Shown in pieces: positions 9,814-19,505 of a stretch of DNA of 64,000 nucleotides. The translations under genes were made by a program, and so were the position numbers. The notes under the pieces were generated by a model that worked only from the letters and a program-made list of their open reading frames with translations, was not told where the DNA came from and made no database searches. The stretch lies in the IMG/VR virus record IMGVR_UViG_3300022752_000014; one strand, given 5' to 3'. Numbering within the stretch: the first letter of the stretch is position 1; each line of letters opens with the position of its first letter. This DNA is from a virus (taxonomy: Duplodnaviria > Caudoviricetes).

Positions 9814-10575
9814 ATGGCACTCTGGGGAAATAATGATGCTAAAGGTTCAGGGGGAACAGTATCTCTAGACTATTCTACTGGTGTAGTAACTGGTTCTGGA
9901 ACCACCTTTGGTCAAGTTGGTGCTGCTGCAACTGGAGATATTATTCGCTTTGGTAGCAGAACTGGAACTTACTATGGTGATGCTGTAATTGTTGGCATTG
10001 CCAGCACCACCCAATTATCAATTGGAAGAACTTGTGGTTTAAGTGGTGCAGCAATTTCTGGAGTTCAATTTGATATTAGCGAACTTCCAAAATATACAAT
10101 TAAGGATCCAAGATATCAACAAATTTTTACTGATCCTACCGAAACTTCTCTTGCTCTTGAAACTACCGCATCTTTAACTGCTGGTATTGGAACTAATATT
10201 GTTGCAATTGCTAGCACTTCTGGAATTATTGTTGGAGATACTTTAGTAAGTAATAGTGTTTCTAAAGTTGTTACTTCCATTGCTTCAACAACGGTTTCTC
10301 TTGCATCTACAATTGCCACGGCAATTACTGCAGGAAGTTTAGTTAGATTTACTAGAGTCACTGGTGGATATGAAGCATCAATTTATGGTGTTGCTGAAGG
10401 TGGAATGGATTCTGCCGCTACAACCAGATATGAACTATCCCACGAGGGATGGGTTGGTATTCAAACCTATATGGATGCTGAAGGTAATCTAAGAGTTAAG
10501 AAAGAAACTCTTGTAGCAATGTCTGGCATCACCACTGGCAATACTCCACTTTATGATTCTAATCCACTAGTCTGA
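9814..10575 (+). CDS. Virion structural/fibre-like protein
   Basis: MALWGNND start; Gly/Thr/Ser-rich; late promoter upstream. Confidence 0.65.
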   Translation: MALWGNNDAKGSGGTVSLDYSTGVVTGSGTTFGQVGAAATGDIIRFGSRTGTYYGDAVIVGIASTTQLSIGRTCGLSGAAISGVQFDISELPKYTIKDPRYQQIFTDPTETSLALETTASLTAGIGTNIVAIASTSGIIVGDTLVSNSVSKVVTSIASTTVSLASTIATAITAGSLVRFTRVTGGYEASIYGVAEGGMDSAATTRYELSHEGWVGIQTYMDAEGNLRVKKETLVAMSGITTGNTPLYDSNPLV

Positions 10576-10581
10576 TAATAT

Positions 10582-10974
10582 ATGATCTTTAATGAATTGA
10601 ACGAGGACAACTTCCTCTTATTCGCTATTAAAAATTATGAAAATCCTCAGGCAGTAACCAGAGAAGATTTTGAAAAGGACTTAAATCATTTCAAGTATAT
10701 TAAAAGACTCTTGAAGCGATACAAGAATACAGGTGAGCTAAAAACTCACCTTCTTCTTAATCACTTTATTGTTCTTTATAATATTTTTGGCGAAGCAACA
10801 ACTCCAATGTTATTTTTTAAAATTGAAAAAGATTTATGGTCATCTATGAAAAGTTTTATTATTTTTTTGAATAGACTTCCAGAATACCCTAAATCAAGTA
10901 TTCATGATATAAAAGTCGATCTAGACTGTTTATCCGAACTTAATAAAATCTACAATGGATCCCAAGAAACTTGA
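10582..10974 (+). CDS. Conserved T4-like cyanophage hypothetical protein
   Basis: FLLFAIKNYENPQ...LLLNHFIVLYNIFG. Confidence 0.75.
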   Translation: MIFNELNEDNFLLFAIKNYENPQAVTREDFEKDLNHFKYIKRLLKRYKNTGELKTHLLLNHFIVLYNIFGEATTPMLFFKIEKDLWSSMKSFIIFLNRLPEYPKSSIHDIKVDLDCLSELNKIYNGSQET

Positions 10975-11179
10975 TAAAATTATTTCAATAGTCAGAGAGC
11001 AAATGGTTGCAAATGCTCCAGGAGGTTCTGGTGGTTTTAGTGGTTCAGCAGATCCTAAGGGACCTGTTGCTGGATTTGATCCTGTTATGAAATTTGATGG
11101 CAGAGGTAAATTGGCTAGAAGATTGCCTCCTCCATATCGTGCTGACTTAATTAAAAAGAAAAAGAAGTCAACCCCATAA
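10955..11179 (+). CDS. Hypothetical protein
   Basis: 74 aa, operon-coupled. Confidence 0.6.
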   Translation: MDPKKLDKIISIVREQMVANAPGGSGGFSGSADPKGPVAGFDPVMKFDGRGKLARRLPPPYRADLIKKKKKSTP

Positions 11180-11184
11180 ACGCC

Positions 11185-11532
11185 ATGTTCGGTCAAGACT
11201 CAAAAATTAAAGTTGCAGTTCTTGAAGAGAGAGTTAAAATTCATGAGGAAATGGTAGAGCGCGTAGATGCTGCCATTACAACTCTCAGTGAAACTAATCA
11301 AAACATCTGCAAAATGCTAGCAGTTCATGATGAAAGAATTTTCAACTGTGCTAGAAACGATGAAGATACTAATGAGAAGATTGGAAAACTTGAAACTAAA
11401 GTTGATGAACTCTCTAAATTTAGATGGATGGCAGCGGGTGTTGTAGCACTTGCTTTGTTATTTGTTCCCGTTGTAACAGATTTTATTACTTCATCTCTAA
11501 ATTCAGTCACAGAACAAGTAAAAAATAAATAA
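11185..11532 (+). CDS. Coiled-coil protein with C-terminal TM helix
   Basis: Heptad-like N-terminus; WMAAGVVALALLFVPVV. Confidence 0.65.
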   Translation: MFGQDSKIKVAVLEERVKIHEEMVERVDAAITTLSETNQNICKMLAVHDERIFNCARNDEDTNEKIGKLETKVDELSKFRWMAAGVVALALLFVPVVTDFITSSLNSVTEQVKNK

Positions 11533-11645
11533 TTGAGTGTTGGCACTTGCTGCCATGAAAACTAAAAAGAAACTGTCCGCTTACTCTCTTCAAAAAATAA
11601 CAAACTCTGTTATAAAATGGACAGGAATTATGACGTATTTTTGCC

Positions 11646-11673
11646 TTGACAAGGCGCGATAGTCTGATAGAAT
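11646..11673 (+). promoter_or_regulatory. Sigma70-type promoter upstream of primase
   Basis: TTGACA-16-TAGAAT. Confidence 0.55.
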
Positions 11674-11696
11674 AGATAGACCTTGAAGATTTGATT

Positions 11697-12665
11697 ATGG
11701 ATTATGTTGATGTTAAATACATCAATCTGATTTCTGCGCGATTTCAAAAGTTTAAAAAGGTAAAGAATAATCTTTATAACTTTCGATGTCCCATTTGTGG
11801 AGATTCCCAGAAGAACAGGAACAAGGCAAGGGGATATTTGTATCAAGTCAAGAATAATACAAACTTCAAGTGTCATAACTGTGGAGTTAATATCTCTTTC
11901 AATAATTTTCTGAAAGAGATAGATTCAGTTATTCATAAACAATATACATTTGAAAAATTTAAAGAGGGTCATACTGGTAGAAATTTCACTGTAGAAGAAC
12001 CAGTGTTTCAATTTGAAGTACCAAAGTTTAAACCAAAGTTAGACTTACCAAAAGCATCAGAAAATCCTGACGCAAAAGAATATCTAGTAAGGAGAAAGTT
12101 AAATCCGGATAAATTCTATTACACCGATAAATTTAAATCGTGGACAAATTCTATTAAGAAAGTCTTCGATGATACAACTAAAGATGAACCTAGGATTATT
12201 ATTCCTTTGTTCTATCAAAATACTCTTGTTGGATTTCAGGGTAGAGCACTTGGTCCCAGCAAGATTAAATACATTACTGTGATGCTTAATGATGACGCAC
12301 CAAAAATATATGGGCTCGATGAAATTGAAAAGAACAAAACTGTATACATTACCGAAGGACCTTTCGACTCAACATTCATTTGTAATGCGATTGCTATGTG
12401 CGGAGCTGATGCTGATGTTAGTAAGTGGGGGATTAGCAATCCTGTTTGGATCTATGATAATGAACCACGGAACACAGAAATCGTATCCAGAATCTCCCGC
12501 ACCCTTGATAAAGGAGAAAACATCGTCATTTGGCCATCTAGTGTAAAAGAAAAAGATATTAATGATATGGTTTTATCTGGACTAGATGTTCAGTCTGTGA
12601 TAGAATTAAATACTTATTCTGGATTAGAAGCAAAACTTAAATTTACCACCTGGAAGAAAATATGA
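11697..12665 (+). CDS. 61: DNA primase gp61
   Basis: Zn finger CPICGD...KCHNC; TEGPFDS TOPRIM; KDIND. Confidence 0.95.
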   Translation: MDYVDVKYINLISARFQKFKKVKNNLYNFRCPICGDSQKNRNKARGYLYQVKNNTNFKCHNCGVNISFNNFLKEIDSVIHKQYTFEKFKEGHTGRNFTVEEPVFQFEVPKFKPKLDLPKASENPDAKEYLVRRKLNPDKFYYTDKFKSWTNSIKKVFDDTTKDEPRIIIPLFYQNTLVGFQGRALGPSKIKYITVMLNDDAPKIYGLDEIEKNKTVYITEGPFDSTFICNAIAMCGADADVSKWGISNPVWIYDNEPRNTEIVSRISRTLDKGENIVIWPSSVKEKDINDMVLSGLDVQSVIELNTYSGLEAKLKFTTWKKI

Positions 12666-14959
12666 GCAACGGAACCAAAGTTAAAAAGCGTGATGGACGT
12701 ATTGAGTCTCTTGACCTAGAGAAAATGCATTTAATGGTCGAAGAGGCGTGTAAAGGTCTTGCAGGCGTCTCTGCGAGTCAAGTAGAAATGAAGTCTGGTA
12801 TTCAATTTTATGACGGCATTACAACTGCAGAGATTCAGGAGATTCTAATTCGTTCTGCTTCTGACCTGATTGATCTGGACCATCCCAATTATCAATTCGT
12901 TGCTGCTCGTCTGCTCCTTTTTGCTGTTCGTAAGCAACTTTATGGGAAGATGAAGGAACTTCCTCATCTTGAACAGCATATTTACACCTGCACAAACATT
13001 GATGTATATGATAAAGACATCTTTGCAAAATATTCACGAGAAGAAATTGATAAAGCTAATTCGTTTATTGATCATGATCGTGACTATCTGTTCACTTATG
13101 CGGGTCTACGTCAAGTCGTTGACAAGTATCTTGTGCAGGACAGGAGTAATGGTGGAGTATATGAAACTCCACAGTTCATGTATATGATGATTGCGCTGAC
13201 TATCTTTGCAGAATATCCCAAAGAAACCAGAATGTCATACGTCAGGAGGTACTATGACGCAATCTCCAAGCACAAAATCAACATTCCAACTCCCATCATG
13301 GCAGGAGTGCGGACACCACTGCGACAATTTGCTAGTTGTGTTCTTGTTGATGTTGATGACACCCTCGATAGCATCGGTAGTAGCGACTTGGCTATTATGC
13401 GCTATGTTGCTCAAAGGGCGGGAATCGGTATCAACGCAGGCAGAATCCGTGGTATCAATAGCAAAATCAGAGGCGGAGAAGTTGCTCATACTGGGGTTAT
13501 CCCATTCCTCAAGAAGTTTGAAGCAACTGTGCGATGCTGTACACAGAATGGCATCAGAGGTGGAAGCGCAACGGTCCACTTCCCAATCTGGCACCAAGAA
13601 ATAGAAGATATTCTTGTTCTTAAAAATAACAAGGGTACGGAAGATAACCGCGTCCGTAAACTTGACTACTCAATTCAAATTAGCAAGTTGTTCTATGAAA
13701 GATTTATTCAAGACGGTGAGATCACACTTTTCTCTCCGCACGATGTCCCTGGACTTTATGATAGCTTTGGACTCCCTGAGTTTGACGCTCTCTACGTACA
13801 ATATGAAAAAGATCCGTCCGTTAAGAAAAAAACTCTTAAGGCGCAAGAACTCATCCTTAACCTTCTTAAGGAACGTGCGGAGACGGGTCGCGTCTACATT
13901 ATGAACATTGACCATTGCAACTCTCACTCCTCATTTAAAGATAAGGTGAATATGTCTAATCTCTGTCAAGAGATTACTCTACCAACCTATCCCATCAATC
14001 ATATTGATGATAAGTTTGGTGAGATTGCATTGTGTATTCTTTCTGCTATTAACGTTGGAAAGGTAAAGTCTGATGAAGAACTTGAGGAACTTTGTGATCT
14101 GTCTGTTCGTGGACTTGATGAGTTGATTGACTATCAGAAGTACCCCGTAGAGGCAGCAGAAATCGCCACCAAGGCGCGTCGTTCCCTTGGCATAGGGTTT
14201 ATTGGTCTTGCCCATTATTTGGCAAAACTTGGATTTAATTATGATTCTCAAGAAGCATGGGATGCAGTCCATGGACTCTCAGAGTCATTCCAGTATTATC
14301 TACTGAAAGCATCCAACCAACTTGCCAAAGAAAAGGGACACTGTGAATACTTTGGTCGCACAAAGTATGCGGATAGTCTTCTTCCGATTGATACATACAA
14401 AAAAGATGTAGACGAAATCACTTCAGTTTCTTACCAACATGATTGGGAATCTCTCAGAGCGTCTATCCTGGAGCACGGGTTACGGCACTCAACACTGTCC
14501 GCACAGATGCCATCGGAGAGCAGTTCCGTTGTGTCAAACGCAACCAACGGAATCGAACCACCTCGCGGATACTTGTCCATTAAGAAGTCGAAGAAGGGAC
14601 CACTCAAGCAAATCGTTCCTCAGTATCATACCCTTAAGAACAATTACACGTTACTGTGGGATATGCCTAGCAATCGTGGGTATATCAATATTGTTGCTGT
14701 TATGCAGAAGTTCTTTGATCAGGCGATTTCTGGAAACTGGTCCTATAACCCAGAGAATTATGAGGATAATGAAGTCCCAGTGTCCGTGATGGCACAAGAC
14801 TTTCTGACTACATACAAGTATGGGTGGAAAACTTCTTACTACCAAAACACTCACGATATGAAGAATGATGAGGTAGAAGAAGAAAAACCCAAACTTCAAG
14901 ATTTGCTAAGTGAGTTAAGTTCAGTAGAGGAGGGAGAGTGTGAATCCTGTGCAGTTTAA
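12662..14959 (+). CDS. nrdA: Class Ia ribonucleotide reductase alpha subunit
   Basis: ATP cone, ASCVL, SNLCQEI, C-terminal CESC. Confidence 0.97.
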   Translation: MSNGTKVKKRDGRIESLDLEKMHLMVEEACKGLAGVSASQVEMKSGIQFYDGITTAEIQEILIRSASDLIDLDHPNYQFVAARLLLFAVRKQLYGKMKELPHLEQHIYTCTNIDVYDKDIFAKYSREEIDKANSFIDHDRDYLFTYAGLRQVVDKYLVQDRSNGGVYETPQFMYMMIALTIFAEYPKETRMSYVRRYYDAISKHKINIPTPIMAGVRTPLRQFASCVLVDVDDTLDSIGSSDLAIMRYVAQRAGIGINAGRIRGINSKIRGGEVAHTGVIPFLKKFEATVRCCTQNGIRGGSATVHFPIWHQEIEDILVLKNNKGTEDNRVRKLDYSIQISKLFYERFIQDGEITLFSPHDVPGLYDSFGLPEFDALYVQYEKDPSVKKKTLKAQELILNLLKERAETGRVYIMNIDHCNSHSSFKDKVNMSNLCQEITLPTYPINHIDDKFGEIALCILSAINVGKVKSDEELEELCDLSVRGLDELIDYQKYPVEAAEIATKARRSLGIGFIGLAHYLAKLGFNYDSQEAWDAVHGLSESFQYYLLKASNQLAKEKGHCEYFGRTKYADSLLPIDTYKKDVDEITSVSYQHDWESLRASILEHGLRHSTLSAQMPSESSSVVSNATNGIEPPRGYLSIKKSKKGPLKQIVPQYHTLKNNYTLLWDMPSNRGYINIVAVMQKFFDQAISGNWSYNPENYEDNEVPVSVMAQDFLTTYKYGWKTSYYQNTHDMKNDEVEEEKPKLQDLLSELSSVEEGECESCAV

Positions 14960-16124
14960 AATTTCTTCCACAGAAGAAACCCAAATCAAAGGAATGACGG
15001 TTTTTAATACTGAAAAAGTTGATACTAAAAAACAACCAATGTTTTTTGGACAACCTCTTGGAATTCAGAGATACGATTCATACAAATATCCTGTATTTGA
15101 TAAACTAACCACTCAGCAACTTGGATACTTCTGGAGACCCGAAGAGGTGTCTCTCCAGAAGGATCGTGGAGATTATCAGACTCTTCGCCCAGAACAAAAG
15201 CATATCTATACTTCTAATTTGAAGTATCAGATTATGCTTGATTCTGTTCAAGGTCGTGGTCCTGGCATGGCATTCATTCCATACTGCTCACTTCCTGAAT
15301 TGGAAGCATGTATGGAAGTGTGGGGATTTATGGAGATGATTCATAGTCGCTCATACACTTACATCATTAAAAATGTCTATTCAGACCCCAGTGAGGTGTT
15401 TGATACTATCATCAAAGATGAGCGTATTCTGGAACGTGCTAAGACCGTTACAGAGTCTTATGATGACTTTATTCAATCAGCACAAAACTATGGAACTTCC
15501 AACGACTGGATGTTCAGACTTGAAGGAGTTCAAAACGCAAAAGAAACACTCAACGATGTCAAACGAAAACTGTACAGAGCAGTCGCAAACGTTAACATTC
15601 TTGAAGGTATTCGGTTCTACGTTAGTTTTGCTTGTAGTTTCGCCTTTGGCGAACTTAAGCTTATGGAAGGATCCGCTAAGATCATCTCTCTTATCGCAAG
15701 AGACGAAAACCAACATCTAGCCATTACTCAGAATATTCTGAACAAATGGCGTGATGGTGATGATCCAGAAATGAAGCAAATTATGAAAGAAGAGGAAGAG
15801 TGGACGTATAAAATGTTTGACCGTGCTGTAAACGAAGAAAAGAAATGGGCAGATTATCTGTTCAAAGATGGCAGCATGATTGGACTGAACGATAAACTTC
15901 TTCAACAATACGTAGAATGGATTGCAAATAGAAGACTTAAAGCAATTGGGTTAAAGCCCCAGTATGATATTTCAGCAAACAATAACCCACTTCCTTGGAC
16001 ACAGCACTGGATTTCTTCCAAAGGTCTTCAGGTTGCTCCCCAGGAAACTGAGGTAGAATCATATGTTGTAGGCGGAATTAAACAGGATGTTACCAAAAAT
16101 ACTTTCTCAGGATTCAAACTATGA
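14940..16124 (+). CDS. nrdB: Ribonucleotide reductase beta subunit
   Basis: FWRPEEV, EMIHSRSY, LEGIRFY, RDENQH, PQETE. Confidence 0.97.
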   Translation: MNPVQFKISSTEETQIKGMTVFNTEKVDTKKQPMFFGQPLGIQRYDSYKYPVFDKLTTQQLGYFWRPEEVSLQKDRGDYQTLRPEQKHIYTSNLKYQIMLDSVQGRGPGMAFIPYCSLPELEACMEVWGFMEMIHSRSYTYIIKNVYSDPSEVFDTIIKDERILERAKTVTESYDDFIQSAQNYGTSNDWMFRLEGVQNAKETLNDVKRKLYRAVANVNILEGIRFYVSFACSFAFGELKLMEGSAKIISLIARDENQHLAITQNILNKWRDGDDPEMKQIMKEEEEWTYKMFDRAVNEEKKWADYLFKDGSMIGLNDKLLQQYVEWIANRRLKAIGLKPQYDISANNNPLPWTQHWISSKGLQVAPQETEVESYVVGGIKQDVTKNTFSGFKL

Positions 16125-16251
16125 TGAGTGGTGTGAACAGGCAATTCTAAATGCCTATCAAGAGGCAGCAGAATGCGATGAGTTTATGTTTGGAGATTAT
16201 GACTATTGTAAAGAGTGGATGAGTAATAATGACTACATAGAGGAGCAATAG
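16087..16251 (+). CDS. Hypothetical acidic protein (54 aa) overlapping nrdB end
   Basis: MLPKILSQDSNYDEWCEQAILNAYQEAA... Confidence 0.5.
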   Translation: MLPKILSQDSNYDEWCEQAILNAYQEAAECDEFMFGDYDYCKEWMSNNDYIEEQ

Positions 16252-16264
16252 TCTCCTCTTTTTT
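16239..16264 (+). terminator. Intrinsic terminator
   Basis: AGAGGAG-CAATAGT-CTCCTCT-T-tract. Confidence 0.75.
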
Positions 16265-16426
16265 ATGTCTAAGAATTCGGTATCAAAAGAAGAACTCAAG
16301 GTCCGTGTCTTAAAACTCAAGAATCAACTTCATACAGAGCACGTTAGACACGATATGGATATGAAAGGACTTGCTCATAAATATCTGGACGAAGTGTTAC
16401 ATATTCTTGATGAGTATAGATATTGA
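16265..16426 (+). CDS. Hypothetical protein (53 aa)
   Basis: MSKNSVSKEELKVRVLKLK...DEYRY*. Confidence 0.55.
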   Translation: MSKNSVSKEELKVRVLKLKNQLHTEHVRHDMDMKGLAHKYLDEVLHILDEYRY

Positions 16427-16853
16427 CTATGAAAATCCTTGGACCTACGATGGAGAGGTATTTGGTTCAAGTGATATTCAAGATTATTTTGGCTTTGTAT
16501 ATCACATTCATTGCAACAAAACTAATCGTGACTATATTGGTAGAAAGTATTTCTGGAGTTTCCGCACACCAAGAGGAAAATCTAGAAAAGTTAAGTCGGA
16601 GTCTGACTGGAAAAAATACTACGGATCATGTCCAGAACTTAAGGAAGATGTAGATAAGTATGGTAGGGAGAATTTTACGCGCACTATTTTATCATTACAT
16701 AAAACAAAGGGCAAAACTAACTTTGAGGAAACGAGACAACTCTTCGCGCATAACGTCCTCACAGAGTCCCTTGACAACGGAGTGCCAAGATACTACAATA
16801 GCAACATCCTCAATAGGTACTTCCGAAAAGATTATTATGAACGCAACGACTGA
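16410..16853 (+). CDS. GIY-YIG-like nuclease domain protein
   Basis: GFVYHI...DYIGRK...YYGS; ATG 16410. Confidence 0.7.
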   Translation: MSIDIDYENPWTYDGEVFGSSDIQDYFGFVYHIHCNKTNRDYIGRKYFWSFRTPRGKSRKVKSESDWKKYYGSCPELKEDVDKYGRENFTRTILSLHKTKGKTNFEETRQLFAHNVLTESLDNGVPRYYNSNILNRYFRKDYYERND

Positions 16854-17010
16854 AGATATCGTCGCGCATGTGAGGGAGTGGTCCCTTGACCGTGCTGCAG
16901 ATATGAGTATTCCAAAAGAGGATGCCCGTGCTATTCTTGCTGAGTTCTATGAATGGATTGAACCAGAAGGTGACGAATTAGAAATTGTCTCTCTAGACCC
17001 AGAATCTTGA
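16837..17010 (+). CDS. Hypothetical protein (57 aa)
   Basis: MNATTEDIVAHVREWS... Confidence 0.6.
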   Translation: MNATTEDIVAHVREWSLDRAADMSIPKEDARAILAEFYEWIEPEGDELEIVSLDPES

Positions 17011-17035
17011 CAAAATCTAAATAAAAACTTATAAT
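17007..17035 (+). promoter_or_regulatory. Sigma70-type promoter with nested late motif TAAATA
   Basis: TTGACA-17-TATAAT; TAAATA at 17018. Confidence 0.75.
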
Positions 17036-17041
17036 GCTAAT

Positions 17042-17155
17042 AACCCACTGAAAGGTGGGTTTTCTCGTAATGAGACTTTGATTTGATTTAGAGCCGTGGG
17101 GTCTGCCCTCTGAGAAGAGGGAAGTGCGCTTTCCCTATACGGATGTAGAGTTCAA
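17042..17155 (+). other. Structured 5' leader of lysozyme-like gene
   Basis: Three hairpins plus closing CCGT/ACGG stem. Confidence 0.5.
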
Positions 17156-17164
17156 TTAAAACTA

Positions 17165-17800
17165 GTGCAAAATTTCTTTACAGTAGCCCTGCCTCTTCTG
17201 GCAACGGTTACAACCAATGTGGCAACACTGCCGATATTTCCTCCTTTGACGGCACCTCCAGTGCCCTTCTCAATCATTAAGGAGTTTGAAACACCGACAG
17301 CGACCAAAGAGGTTGCTCCCGCTGAAAAGCCAAAAGAGAAAAGGCTAATTTGTAAAGGGTGTAATGAACATGAGAATGCTACCCTGGCATTTTTCCAGGA
17401 TCGTGGTATTAAAGACAGAAACGCCCTTGCTACTATCATGGGCAACATTAGGCAAGAGTCTACTTTTGTTCCTAATGTTTGTGAAGGTGGTAGCAGGACC
17501 AGTTACTATAACTGCTACGGCGGTTATGGACTGATCCAATGGACATCTGCCAACAGATATTATGGATTGGGTGATTTTGCTAAGAAGATTGGTGGTTCTC
17601 CATCAGATCTTCACACGCAACTTCGTTATCTCACGAATGAAGTTCAATGGCAACGTATTGAGGACAGGATGAAAATTCCTGGCAAGTCTATCAATCGTTA
17701 CATGGACTATGCGTATAGTTGGATTGGTTGGGGGCATCATGGTGCCCGCACTTCGTATGCTCATGAGTATGCTTCCAAACTGATCACGGTAGAAGTTTGA
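17165..17800 (+). CDS. Signal-peptide-bearing phage-tail-type lysozyme
   Basis: ALATIMGNIRQES...GGYGLIQWT; hydrophobic N-terminus. Confidence 0.8.
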   Translation: MQNFFTVALPLLATVTTNVATLPIFPPLTAPPVPFSIIKEFETPTATKEVAPAEKPKEKRLICKGCNEHENATLAFFQDRGIKDRNALATIMGNIRQESTFVPNVCEGGSRTSYYNCYGGYGLIQWTSANRYYGLGDFAKKIGGSPSDLHTQLRYLTNEVQWQRIEDRMKIPGKSINRYMDYAYSWIGWGHHGARTSYAHEYASKLITVEV

Positions 17801-17821
17801 TACAATTAAATACAAAATAAA

Positions 17822-17857
17822 ATAAATATAGGGGAGTGCTGCAGACCTCCCCTTTTT
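17822..17857 (+). repeat. Late promoter + hairpin cassette, copy 1
   Basis: ATAAATATAGGGGAGTGCTGCAGACCTCCCCTTTTT. Confidence 0.7.
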
Positions 17858-17863
17858 AGTAGA

Positions 17864-19474
17864 ATGAAAACGTTTAAAGAATTTATAATTGAATCTAATC
17901 AATGTATAATTAATTCCATTCTTTTTTTATGTGAAGGTGATTATAGTGATGAGGACGCTTTTAGAAAAATATGGAATCATTTTATAACTCATAAAAAATA
18001 TGGTTCTGAACTTAGACAACTTCTTCGTGCTAAAGATTTTAATGGTGCTAAAAAATATATGGAAAGTGAAGTTGAAAGTGCTAGAAATAATCCCAATCAT
18101 CCATTAAGTTTTGAAAAGGCAAAAAGAGGTTTTAAGGGAGGAAAAACTTCCGGAGATATAGATTCATATTTTAATATGATGAAATTAGCTCCAGATAGCG
18201 TCACTGCATTCGTTAAAGGACGTAGAGGTTCTAATACTTCAGATAGGGTTGGAGTTTATGCAAGAGTTTCGGGTGGGGCAAAACCGCCAACTTCTTCCGA
18301 ATGGGAGAAAGAAACCGGAAAGTCATCAGATACTTCCAAAAGAGATATTGAGTTTGTTGATCCCAAAAATAGAAAATATGGTTTAGGATTGAGTTTAAAA
18401 ATGGGTAAAGGTTCTCAGACAATTTCAGCAGAACCGGATGAAGCATATGCTACTTTCCAAGCAGCAGGAAAAGAATATATTAAAAAATTAAGAAAACGAG
18501 GTGCATCAAGAGAAGAAATTGATGCCTTTCAATCTCAATTGAACAAAACATCACAACAGGTGCGTAAATCATTGGGATTTACCTCACCTCAAATGACACC
18601 AAAGGTAAATAAAGAACTTTCTGATAGAAGACTTTCTTTAGCGCAAAGAAGTATTGATAAACTCTTTGATAATCATCCAAAATTTATTTCTGATTTTGAT
18701 AAAGAAGGTGCTGAAGGTAGAGTAAAGTTTGGTAAAGGAGTATCTTCCTTACCTGACAATGAATCACCTCAGGTGCGTGCAGCAAAAGATGCTTTGCAAG
18801 TTAGGAGGGGTGAAATTGAAATATCAGGATTTAAAGCAAATAAAAATGACGATACGGACGATACTGAACATAAAAAACTTGTAAGAGGTTTATATAAAAA
18901 TCCGAAAAAAATAATCGCGGCATTAAAGTCGTCTCCATCAGGAAGTGCTCAAGAAGTTGTCACTGGAACTAATATTGATAGTAAAGGTAATATTATTTCC
19001 GGAGCAAAAAGTGTTCCTGTATCACAACGTGGCAGAACAACACCAGAAACAGGGCCTGCTGCCAGTGCTCCTAAAGGAATGACTAAAGATCCTAATGTTT
19101 CTAGACCCGCGAATGTCAAGTTAAGAGTTTCTGGATCGCAAGAACCAGTTTCTAGACAATCTTCTTTTGCCGCTTTTTCTCAACAAGCATCTCAACAACA
19201 AATTCCCCCACCACCACAACCAACACAACCAGTTGTCCCTAAAGGTATAAAATTACAACACATAGGTAATTTCATCAGAAATCAAGCAGCGCAGCAAGCA
19301 CATCAAACAAGACTTCAACAAGCACAAGCACAAGCAGCAACACAACAACCTCAACCTCAGACCACACAACCTCAACCAACACAGCAACAAACTCCACCAC
19401 CAGACCAACAGAATCAAAGAAAGAAAAGAATACAACCACAACAACCTGTTCTAGCTACACCAATTACACAATAA
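17864..19474 (+). CDS. Hypothetical protein with capsid-targeting-like N-terminus, nuclease-like motif and Gln/Pro-rich tail
   Basis: MKTFKEFIIES; TSKRDIEF...GLSLKMG. Confidence 0.65.
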   Translation: MKTFKEFIIESNQCIINSILFLCEGDYSDEDAFRKIWNHFITHKKYGSELRQLLRAKDFNGAKKYMESEVESARNNPNHPLSFEKAKRGFKGGKTSGDIDSYFNMMKLAPDSVTAFVKGRRGSNTSDRVGVYARVSGGAKPPTSSEWEKETGKSSDTSKRDIEFVDPKNRKYGLGLSLKMGKGSQTISAEPDEAYATFQAAGKEYIKKLRKRGASREEIDAFQSQLNKTSQQVRKSLGFTSPQMTPKVNKELSDRRLSLAQRSIDKLFDNHPKFISDFDKEGAEGRVKFGKGVSSLPDNESPQVRAAKDALQVRRGEIEISGFKANKNDDTDDTEHKKLVRGLYKNPKKIIAALKSSPSGSAQEVVTGTNIDSKGNIISGAKSVPVSQRGRTTPETGPAASAPKGMTKDPNVSRPANVKLRVSGSQEPVSRQSSFAAFSQQASQQQIPPPPQPTQPVVPKGIKLQHIGNFIRNQAAQQAHQTRLQQAQAQAATQQPQPQTTQPQPTQQQTPPPDQQNQRKKRIQPQQPVLATPITQ

Positions 19475-19505
19475 ATAGAGGGGAGTGTTGCTACTCCCCT
19501 TTTTT
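19471..19505 (+). repeat. Late promoter + hairpin cassette, copy 2
   Basis: ATAAATAGAGGGGAGTGTTGCTACTCCCCTTTTTT. Confidence 0.7.

Noticed and set aside
19190-19470. CAA-rich tandem-like repeats
   Set aside because: They encode the Gln/Pro tail of the ORF; not an array
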